A stretch of DNA of 64,000 nt from Candidatus Geohabitans tengchongensis (lineage in GTDB: Bacteria > Sysuimicrobiota > Sysuimicrobiia > Sysuimicrobiales > Humicultoraceae): NCBI GenBank assembly GCA_031459625.1, contig JAVKIH010000011.1, forward strand, positions 3,010 to 67,009. Direction: 5' to 3'. A program made the translations under genes and the position numbers. The notes under the pieces are model-generated. The model was not told the DNA's origin and made no database searches. It saw only the letters and a list, made by a program, of their open reading frames with translations. Shown piece by piece: positions 21,065 through 28,651 of the stretch (position 1 is the stretch's first letter; every line of letters begins with the position of its first letter).

Positions 21065-21867
21065 TGCCCCGCTTCTCCGCGAGCCTGAGCTTCCTCTTCA
21101 CCGAGGTGCCGTTCATGGAGCGGTTCCAGGCGGCCTACACGGCCGGCTTTGCGGCGGTGGAGTACATGTTCCCCTACGAGCACAACCTGGAGGCCATCGC
21201 CGCCGAGCTGTCGCGGCTCCAGCTCCGGCAGGTCCTCTTCAACCTGCCGGCGGGCGACTGGAGCCGTGGGGAGCGCGGGATTGCCGCCCTCCCCGACCGC
21301 CGGGAGGAGTTCCGCCGGGGCGTGGTCCAGGCCCTGGAGGCGGCGCGGCGCCTGGACTGCCCTCGCCTGAACTGCCTCGTGGGGTTGCGGGACGAGCGTT
21401 ACACTCTGGCGCAGCAATGGGCGACTCTGGTGGAGAACCTGCGGTGGGCGGCGGAGGAGCTGGGCCGGGAGGGACGCACCCTTCTGGTGGAGGCGGTCAA
21501 CACGTACGACGTCCCCGGGTTCCTCCTGTCGCGCACGGGAGAGGTCCTGCGCCTCCTGGACGATGTGGGCGCTCCCAACACCGCCCTCCAGGTGGACATC
21601 TACCACCTCCAGCGCATGGAGGGGAACATCGTGCCCACCCTGCGGGCGCTGCTGCCACGCATCGGGCACATCCAGATCGCCGACCCCCCGGAGCGCCACC
21701 AGCCCGGGACGGGGGAGCTGCGCTTCGAGTACATCCTGAGGCAGCTCGACGCCATGGGGTATGAGGGCTACGTGGGGCTCGAATATGCTCCCCTGGGGAC
21801 GACGGCGGACTCGCTGGGGTGGATCGAGGCCATGGGGTACAGCCTGACCCAGCCGGCGGGGCGCTGA
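21061..21867 (+). CDS. hyi: Hydroxypyruvate isomerase
   Basis: MPRFSASLSFLFTE, AVEYMFPY, LFNLPAGDWSRGERGIA, DIYHLQRMEG, HQPGTGE. Confidence 0.9.
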   Translation: MMPRFSASLSFLFTEVPFMERFQAAYTAGFAAVEYMFPYEHNLEAIAAELSRLQLRQVLFNLPAGDWSRGERGIAALPDRREEFRRGVVQALEAARRLDCPRLNCLVGLRDERYTLAQQWATLVENLRWAAEELGREGRTLLVEAVNTYDVPGFLLSRTGEVLRLLDDVGAPNTALQVDIYHLQRMEGNIVPTLRALLPRIGHIQIADPPERHQPGTGELRFEYILRQLDAMGYEGYVGLEYAPLGTTADSLGWIEAMGYSLTQPAGR

Positions 21868-21994
21868 GGCCGCGGCCGCGAACCTCTCGACCGCGAACCC
21901 TGTAGTCCGGGCTCGCTGTGCTCCGGAGTCAGCGGCCGGGCCATCCCGGCGCTTCCCGGGCTAAGGCACTTCCCGGGCCAAGGAGGAGGCACAA

Positions 21995-22900
21995 ATGCCA
22001 CAGACCGTCGGGTTCATCGGGTTGGGGATCATGGGGAGGCCCATGGCCCGCAACCTCCTCCGGGCGGGCTTCCGGCTCGTGGTGCACAACCGCAGCCGGG
22101 GACCGGTCGAGGAGCTGGTGACCCAGGGAGCGCTGGACGGCCGGTCGGCCTGCGGGGTGGCCGAGGCGGCCGAGGTCGTGATCACCATGCTGCCGGACAC
22201 CCCTGACGTCCGGGCCGTGGTCCTGGGGCCCGACGGGGTGCTGGAGGGGTTGCGCCGCGGGGCCATCTACGTCGATATGAGTACCATCTCGCCTGTGGCC
22301 ACCCGGGAGCTGGCCGAAGCGGTGCGGGCCCAGGGGGCTGTCATGCTGGACGCCCCCGTGAGCGGCGGTGAGAAGGGGGCGATCGAGGGGACGCTTTCCA
22401 TTATGGTCGGAGGTCCCGAGGAGGCCTTCAGGGAGGTCCTGCCGGTCTTCCAGGCCATGGGCAAGAATATTGTGCGCATCGGGGAGGTGGGGGCCGGCCA
22501 GGTGGCCAAGGCCTGCAACCAGATCGTCGTGGCCGTGACCATCCAGGCGGTCAGCGAGGCGCTGACCCTGGCCCGCAAGGCGGGGGTGGACCCGGGCAGG
22601 GTGCGCGAGGCGCTGCTGGGGGGCTTCGCCCAGAGCCGCATCCTCGACCTGCACGGGCAGCGCATCCTGGAGCGCAACTTCCAGCCCGGCTTCCGAGCCC
22701 GGCTCCACCACAAGGACCTGGGGATCGCCCTGGAGACGGGGAAGGCCACAGGGACGCCGCTGTGGGCCACCGCGCTCGTCCACGAGATCTTCGGCGCGCT
22801 CCGGACCCGCGGCATGGGCGATTTGGACCACTCTGCCGTCGCCCGGCTCGTGGAAGAGCTGGCGGGGCTGGGGGACGCGGGGCCGCAGGGCGTCCACTGA
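21995..22900 (+). CDS. garR: 2-hydroxy-3-oxopropionate (tartronate semialdehyde) reductase
   Basis: GFIGLGIMG, MLPDTPDV, LDAPVSGGEKGA, KACNQIVVA, ALLGGFAQSRIL, GFRARLHHKDL. Strong SD. Confidence 0.9.
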   Translation: MPQTVGFIGLGIMGRPMARNLLRAGFRLVVHNRSRGPVEELVTQGALDGRSACGVAEAAEVVITMLPDTPDVRAVVLGPDGVLEGLRRGAIYVDMSTISPVATRELAEAVRAQGAVMLDAPVSGGEKGAIEGTLSIMVGGPEEAFREVLPVFQAMGKNIVRIGEVGAGQVAKACNQIVVAVTIQAVSEALTLARKAGVDPGRVREALLGGFAQSRILDLHGQRILERNFQPGFRARLHHKDLGIALETGKATGTPLWATALVHEIFGALRTRGMGDLDHSAVARLVEELAGLGDAGPQGVH

Positions 22901-22998
22901 ACAGGGCCTCTGACGTCGTTGTGGCCCGGTGTTGTGGCCCGGTGAAGAGGCTTCCAGGAGGATCGAAGGGCCGTCGGCGCAACGGACGGTCTGTGGGC

Positions 22999-23014
22999 AA
23001 CTTTGAGTAAAGTT
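22999..23014. promoter_or_regulatory. AT-rich palindrome AACTTT-N4-AAAGTT upstream of the tRNA promoter
   Basis: Perfect 6-bp inverted repeat ending 20 bp before the -35 box. Confidence 0.4.
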
Positions 23015-23034
23015 CGGGGTGGCGCAATGCCGGT

Positions 23035-23064
23035 TTGACCCCCGCTCGATGGCGCCCCTATAAT
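23035..23064 (+). promoter_or_regulatory. Sigma70-type promoter for tRNA-Asp
   Basis: TTGACC (23035-23040), N18, TATAAT (23059-23064). Confidence 0.85.
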
Positions 23065-23118
23065 GCCCTCGGCGGGAGTGGCTCCGAGGGCGTCAGCCGA
23101 GCCTGAGCCCTGCTGCTC

Positions 23119-23197
23119 GGGGGCGTGGTGTAGCCTGGACGAACACACCTCCCTGTCACGGAGGAGATCGCGGGTTCAAATCCCGTCGCTCCCGCCA
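23119..23197 (+). tRNA. tRNA-Asp (GTC)
   Basis: Acceptor GGGGGCG/CGCTCCC, anticodon arm CCTCC-CTGTCAC-GGAGG, T-loop GGTTCAAATCC, discriminator G, encoded CCA. Confidence 0.97.
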
Positions 23198-23504
23198 ATC
23201 GGCGTAGGTCGGTGTTCTCGCCATCGGCGTAGGCGGGGATGAGCTCCGGCCCTCTGTCGATCAAGGAATCTCCCCTCCGTCTATCGAAGTAAGAATCCCT
23301 CCGTCGCTCGGCAGAGGAACGGGCCTAGTCCTCGCTCGATTTGGGCACAGGATAGGCGGCGTGCCAGCGCAGGGAGGCGTGCCGGAGGCGCCTAACAGAG
23401 AAAGCAGTGCTGGGACGCGGGCCCGTCCTGGATGGCCGTGGTGACGGCGGTCCGGCGGCGGCAACATCCCCTCCCCAATCGGGAAGAGCAGGAGCGAGTC
23501 GGAC

Positions 23505-24164
23505 GTGGATCTCTCTCCCGTGCGTGTCCTCATCGTGGACGACCTCACCCTGGTGCGCCAGGGGATCCGTGCGCTGCTCAGCAGCGCCGAGGGCGTGGAG
23601 ATCGTCGGCGAGGGTGGTGACGCTTCCGAGGCGCTGGAGCTGGCGCTCGCCACCTCGCCGGACGTCGTCCTGATGGACCAGGACATGCCCGGTAACCCTC
23701 TCGAGGTCACCCGCACGCTCAAGGAGCGGCTGCCGGGTGTGGAGATCATCGTCATGACCGACCGGCTCGACGAAACCAAGGCCCTGGAGGCCATCGAAGC
23801 CGGTGCCACGGGGTACATCCTCAAAGACATCCCGCTGACGAACCTGCTGGCCGCGCTCCGGTCGGTGTGCAACGGTCGGGCCTTCTTCCACCCCGAGATC
23901 ACCCGCAAGCTGATGCAGCGGCTGGCCCACCTGGCCAAGGACCAGCGCTCCCGGATGCGCTGGGAGTCAGAGGGGCTCACCGCCCGGGAACTGGACATCC
24001 TCATCGAGCTGGCCAAGGGCAGCACTGACCGGGAGATTGCCGCCAAGCTGGTGGTGGCCGAAGGGACGGTGAAGACCCACATTCGCCACATCCTGCACAA
24101 GCTGGGGGTCCGCAACCGCACCCAGGCCGTCGCCTACGTCCTCCGCAAAGGCCTGATCCGCTAG
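23505..24164 (+). CDS. NarL/LuxR-family response regulator
   Basis: VLIVDD, VVLMD, GYILKD receiver domain; LTARELDIL...TVKTHIRHILHKLGVRNRTQAV HTH. Confidence 0.95.
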   Translation: MDLSPVRVLIVDDLTLVRQGIRALLSSAEGVEIVGEGGDASEALELALATSPDVVLMDQDMPGNPLEVTRTLKERLPGVEIIVMTDRLDETKALEAIEAGATGYILKDIPLTNLLAALRSVCNGRAFFHPEITRKLMQRLAHLAKDQRSRMRWESEGLTARELDILIELAKGSTDREIAAKLVVAEGTVKTHIRHILHKLGVRNRTQAVAYVLRKGLIR

Positions 24165-24345
24165 CCCCGCCGCAAGGGAGCCTGGACCGCTCTCTCGGGA
24201 GGGCGGTCACCCCGAAACCCCGCCCCGGGTGGCTCGTCCGGCCCCCGGCGCGTCTCGGTCCACCGCCTCCTCGGAGCCCCGGCACCCTCCAGGAGATTTC
24301 AGGCGAATCTATCGTCCAGTCGGTCAATTTCGGTCTCTTGAGATA

Positions 24346-24375
24346 TCGACACCGTCCACGCCCTCGGCCTAGACT
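24346..24375 (+). promoter_or_regulatory. Possible promoter of the EPS locus
   Basis: TCGACA-N18-TAGACT in a locally AT-richer intergenic stretch. Confidence 0.35.
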
Positions 24376-24444
24376 GCGGTCGATCCAGGGGACCAACCGG
24401 GCGGATCGACTCCACGCGCGCCAGGCGCTGATCCGAGGGATGGT

Positions 24445-24678
24445 ATGCCTGAGCCCGTGTACCTCAATGCGCGCGCCGAGCAGTGCTCCATTGCCGGGAT
24501 CGAGCAGGGCCGCCGGCTGATCAGGTACGCAGGGGCGCACTACCTCCTCGTCGGGCTGTACTTCGCGCGCTCCCAGGACGGGCAGCGCGACCTCTTCTAC
24601 ATCTTGCGGGCGCTCTCGACCAATGGGGCTGGAACGCGCGCCCCGGTCTCGATGGGTGGACCTCCCGGAGGTCGGTGA
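24445..24678 (+). CDS. Small hypothetical protein (77 aa)
   Basis: ATG after GAGGGA; protein-like composition (YLLVGLYF, LFYILRAL); sits in an otherwise empty gap. Confidence 0.5.
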   Translation: MPEPVYLNARAEQCSIAGIEQGRRLIRYAGAHYLLVGLYFARSQDGQRDLFYILRALSTNGAGTRAPVSMGGPPGGR

Positions 24679-24729
24679 GACCACCGGAGGGCACGGCGAT
24701 GGAGAACGGCAGCCGGAGGTGACGGGATC

Positions 24730-25662
24730 GTGAAGGGACCGCTGTGGAAGGTGGCCGTGATGGCTGTCGTCATCGCCCTCCCGCTGGCGCAGGCCCTGCC
24801 GGTGCTGGGCCAGCAACCGGCCGTGCCGTCGGACTACCGCCTCCGCCCCGGTGATGTGATCGAGATCCTGGTGATGGGCGAGGCGGACCTCACCCGCACG
24901 GTGACCATCCGGCCGGACGGGAAGATCAGTTACCCGCTGCTGGGCGACGTCCCCGTGGCGGGGATGACCGCCGCGGAAGTGGCCGACTCTCTGGCCGCGC
25001 TCCTGCGCAAGTACCTCCGGAACCCGGTCGTCACCGTTACGGTGACGCAGATCCGACAGGATCGCGCCTTCGTCTACCTCCTGGGTCCGGGGGTGGCCCG
25101 TCCGGGATCCTACGAGATCCAGCCCGGCTGGACGGTCATGGAGGCCATCGCCAGCGCCGGGGGGCTGGCCCCCCGTGCCAACCTGCGCCGCGCCGTCCTC
25201 ATCCGGCGAGGGAAGGCCGACCCCGTGCCGCTCGACCTGGAGCGCCTGGTCCTGCGCGGCGACCAGAGCGCGAACATGGCGGTCGAGCCCGGCGACATCA
25301 TCCTCGTCCCCAGCCAGCAGAACCGGGTGCTGGTCCTGGGCGCGGTGCGCTCCCCGGGTGCCTATGACGTCGACGACGGCGCCCGCCTGGTGGACGCCAT
25401 CTCGCTGGCCGGCGGGCCGGCCGACCGGGCCGGCATTCGGCAGATCGGGATCATCCGGCAAGGTGCCGACGGGAAGATGGCCGTGACGACGGTGAACTTC
25501 GAGCGCGTCCTGCGCCAGGGTGATGCCACCCAGAACCCGCTCCTGCAGCACGGGGACATCGTCTACATCCCGCCGGACACGCGGGTGAACTGGCTCGACG
25601 TACTCTCCTGGCTGACCGGCCTCCGGCTCATCCAGGCGGTCTTCGGGATCCCCGGCCCCTGA
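24730..25662 (+). CDS. Polysaccharide export protein (Wza/OPX; Poly_export + SLBB domains)
   Basis: YRLRPGDVI, IRPDGKISYPLLG, two SLBB repeats (AIASAGG, AISLAGG), amphipathic C-terminus. Confidence 0.92.
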   Translation: MKGPLWKVAVMAVVIALPLAQALPVLGQQPAVPSDYRLRPGDVIEILVMGEADLTRTVTIRPDGKISYPLLGDVPVAGMTAAEVADSLAALLRKYLRNPVVTVTVTQIRQDRAFVYLLGPGVARPGSYEIQPGWTVMEAIASAGGLAPRANLRRAVLIRRGKADPVPLDLERLVLRGDQSANMAVEPGDIILVPSQQNRVLVLGAVRSPGAYDVDDGARLVDAISLAGGPADRAGIRQIGIIRQGADGKMAVTTVNFERVLRQGDATQNPLLQHGDIVYIPPDTRVNWLDVLSWLTGLRLIQAVFGIPGP

Positions 25663-25708
25663 GGGCGGGGTGAGCAGGGCATCGCATCCGCCGTGGGGGA
25701 GAGGCGAC

Positions 25709-27331
25709 ATGGGTGAGCAGAGCGCAACGGGACAGTACCTGAAGGCGATCAAGCGCCGGTGGTGGATCCCCGTGTTGCTGGCGGCCGTCGCCGTCGTGGG
25801 CGTCTACTACCGGATGGGGGCGGTGCCTCCAGTTTATCAGGCCAGCACGGTCCTCCTCGTGACGGCGCCACCCCTGATGCCGCCGGAGGTGCCCGGCGCG
25901 GAAGCGGGAGCGGCGGCGGGCGCGTTCCGGGCGACCCGCATCGACGCGGTGGAGGCGGACGTTCGGGAGCTCCTCCGTACCCGCGTCCTGGCCGAGCGCG
26001 TGGGACGCCGGGCTGGTCGGGCGGACATCGCCGAGGTGCAGCGCAGCCTCACCGTGACGAACCCGCGGGATACCAACCTGATTCGCATTCAGGCACGGGC
26101 CAGTACGCCGGCAGCGGCCGCCGGGTTGGCCAACGCGGCCGCCCGTGAACTGATCGGGTACTTCCGCCAGGCCAACTCCCATGATGCCCGGGAGGCCCGA
26201 CGGTTCATCGAGACCCAGCGGGGTGAGGTGCTGGAGCGCCTCCAGGCGGTGGAGCGGCGCCTGTTGCGGCTGCAGGGCCTGGCGACGATCGAGGGCGCCC
26301 CAGGGGCGATTGTGGGACGCTACTACGAGGCGCTGGGTGAGCTCGACAACACGCGGCGGACGATTCGGGAGCTGGATGCCCGCCTGGCCGCGGCGAGCCG
26401 CCGTCTGGGTCGGGAGAGCTCGACCCGAGTCTCGGAGACGGCGCGGCTGGACAACCCGGTCTTCCGTCAGATCCAGTCGCGGCTGGTCGAGTTGGAGATG
26501 CAGCGCATCGAGCTGTCGCAGCAGTACACCGACGCTCACCCGCGAATGCAGCAGCTGGCGGCCCAGATCGATGAGATGCGTCGTCGGCTGGCTACGGAGA
26601 CGGAGACGCTGGTCGGTCGCCAGGTCCTCGCTCCCAACCCCATCCACGAGCGGCTGGTTGGTGATCTGGTCAACCTGCAGGTGGAGCGGGCGGGGGCGGT
26701 GGCGCGCGCCCAGGCCCTCGAGGCGGACGTCCAGCGGCGCCGGGCAGCGGTGCAGGCTCTCCCCGGCATCCAGGCCCGGCTGGGGGCGCTCATGCGCGAG
26801 CACGAGATCCTGCAGAACAACTACCGGCTCCTCTCGGAGCGCCTCCAGGAGGCGGTGCTGCGCGAGAACGTGGCGGCGTACTTCCCCACGGGCCTGCAGG
26901 TGGTCGACCCGGCGGTGGCGCCGCGGCGGCCGCAGCCGACCTCACTGCCCCGAACGGCCGCCGCTGGCGCGCTGGCGGGCGTCCTGCTCGGGTTGCTCGC
27001 CGCCCTCACCCTGGAGACGGGCGACGACAAGATCCGCACCCGCGACGACGCCGAGCGGGCGCTGGGAGTGCCGGTGCTCGCCGAGATTCCCCACGCGGCG
27101 CCCCCGCGGCTCAGTCCGGCAGTCTGGGGCCTGGCCGTCCTGCTGGTCGTCGGTCTGCTCGGCGGCGGGCTGGGCCTGAGCGCCTATGCCGATGCCCGCC
27201 TCGGCCCCGGCCACCCGGCCGGAGCGCTCGCCCGGCTGCCGCTGGTCCGTCCGGCGGCCGATCGGGTGGCCCAGGCCGCGGGGTGGTTTGACGTCCAGCC
27301 GGTCCGCACGACCGTCGAGACCGGCCGGTGA
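25709..27331 (+). CDS. Polysaccharide co-polymerase (Wzc/GumC N-terminal module)
   Basis: TM1, PVYQAST, coiled coil with YTDAHP, QVVDPAVAP, TM2, DDKIRT...LGVPVLAEIP. Confidence 0.9.
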   Translation: MGEQSATGQYLKAIKRRWWIPVLLAAVAVVGVYYRMGAVPPVYQASTVLLVTAPPLMPPEVPGAEAGAAAGAFRATRIDAVEADVRELLRTRVLAERVGRRAGRADIAEVQRSLTVTNPRDTNLIRIQARASTPAAAAGLANAAARELIGYFRQANSHDAREARRFIETQRGEVLERLQAVERRLLRLQGLATIEGAPGAIVGRYYEALGELDNTRRTIRELDARLAAASRRLGRESSTRVSETARLDNPVFRQIQSRLVELEMQRIELSQQYTDAHPRMQQLAAQIDEMRRRLATETETLVGRQVLAPNPIHERLVGDLVNLQVERAGAVARAQALEADVQRRRAAVQALPGIQARLGALMREHEILQNNYRLLSERLQEAVLRENVAAYFPTGLQVVDPAVAPRRPQPTSLPRTAAAGALAGVLLGLLAALTLETGDDKIRTRDDAERALGVPVLAEIPHAAPPRLSPAVWGLAVLLVVGLLGGGLGLSAYADARLGPGHPAGALARLPLVRPAADRVAQAAGWFDVQPVRTTVETGR

Positions 27332-27341
27332 GGAGGCACGG

Positions 27342-28004
27342 ATGAGCAGGAACGGGTTCTACACCGTTACGGGGATGAAGCAGGGGTCCTCGTTCGTCGA
27401 AGCCTACGGCTTGCTGGTGGTCAACCTGATCCTGGGGCACAACGGCACCCCGGTTCACTGCCTGGCCGTCACGGCGGCACGTGAGGGAGACGGGGCCACC
27501 ACCACGGCGGTGAACATCGGGCTCACCCTGGCGCAGATCGGCCGTGCCACACTCCTGGTGGAGGCCAACCTGCGCACGCCAGCCTTTGAGAAAGTCTTCA
27601 AGCTGAAGGACGGTCCGGGCCTGGTTGACGTGCTGACCGGGGCGAAGCCGGTGAAGGAGGCCGTCCGGCCGACCGGAACCGCCAACCTGTCCGTGCTGAC
27701 GGCCGGCAAGCCCAAGGGCTCTCCGCACGCACTGCTCGACCCCCGGCGGATCGAGACCCTGGTGCAGCAGCTGCGACAGGGATACGACTTCGTGGTCTTC
27801 GATACCGCGGCACTGTTGAAGTACCCGGACACCCTCAACCTGGTGAGGGCGGTGGATGGCATTCTCCTGGTGGTCCCGGTGCATGACGCCTCGGGACGGA
27901 CTCAGCAGGAGATGCGCCGGCGGCTGGAGCGGGTTGAAGCCAAGGTGCTCGGGGCGGTGCTGAACCGCGTGCCACCGGCTCAGGTGGCGGCGGTCATGGG
28001 CTGA
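27342..28004 (+). CDS. CpsD/CapB-family BY-kinase homolog with degenerate catalytic motifs
   Basis: FVEAY, TAAREGDGATTTAVN, LLVEANLR, GLVDVL, VVFDTAAL, VLGAVLN. SD AGGAGG. Confidence 0.88.
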   Translation: MSRNGFYTVTGMKQGSSFVEAYGLLVVNLILGHNGTPVHCLAVTAAREGDGATTTAVNIGLTLAQIGRATLLVEANLRTPAFEKVFKLKDGPGLVDVLTGAKPVKEAVRPTGTANLSVLTAGKPKGSPHALLDPRRIETLVQQLRQGYDFVVFDTAALLKYPDTLNLVRAVDGILLVVPVHDASGRTQQEMRRRLERVEAKVLGAVLNRVPPAQVAAVMG

Positions 28005-28032
28005 GACGGGACTGGAGGCCAGCGTCGCGACC

Positions 28033-28539
28033 GTGAGCTGCGCCTGGTATGCCGTTCAGACCAAGCCCCGGGCCGAGGAGCGCGTCTCGCGCTGGCTGCG
28101 CGAGCGTCACCACATTCGGGTCTTCCTGCCCAAGCTCGCCGTGCCCAAGTGGCGGCGCCAGCGACGCGTCACGGTCATCGAGACGCTCTTCCCGTCGTAC
28201 CTGTTCGTGTGGATGTCGCTGGATCCGGGACCCTGGTACGCCGTGAAGTGGACGCCGGGGGTCCGGGCCATCGTCACCACCGGTGAGGTGCCGGTGCCTG
28301 TCCCCGACGAAGCCATCCATTTCCTGATGGATCGGTCGGTGGACGGCGGCGTGATCCCCTGGCAGCCGCGGTACCCGGCCGGGTCCACTGTGCGCGTGCT
28401 GCGCGGACCGTTTGCCGGCCTGGTGGGCATCCTGGAACGCCCCACCACCAGGCAGGAACGCGTCCGGGTGCTGCTGAGCCTCCTGGGCCGGCCGACGCCG
28501 GTGGAGGTGGACATCCTGGATCTCGAGGAGGTCTCCTGA
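28033..28539 (+). CDS. NusG paralog antiterminator (RfaH/LoaP/UpxY-like)
   Basis: WYAVQTKPRAE, LFPSYLFV, TPGV, KOW motif VRVLRGPFAGLVG. Confidence 0.92.
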   Translation: MSCAWYAVQTKPRAEERVSRWLRERHHIRVFLPKLAVPKWRRQRRVTVIETLFPSYLFVWMSLDPGPWYAVKWTPGVRAIVTTGEVPVPVPDEAIHFLMDRSVDGGVIPWQPRYPAGSTVRVLRGPFAGLVGILERPTTRQERVRVLLSLLGRPTPVEVDILDLEEVS

Positions 28540-28651
28540 CCGCTCCCGCCTCGGGAGTGTGGTCGGCACCGCGTAGACCACAACCTCCTCGCCACGTCGG
28601 GTGGAGAGTCCGACCACCCAACGGCGGAGCCATGCCCCTGACACCATCGCC

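Noticed and set aside
24201..24212. ops/JUMPstart element
   Set aside because: GGCGGTCAC does not match GGCGGTAG and lies upstream of the putative promoter.
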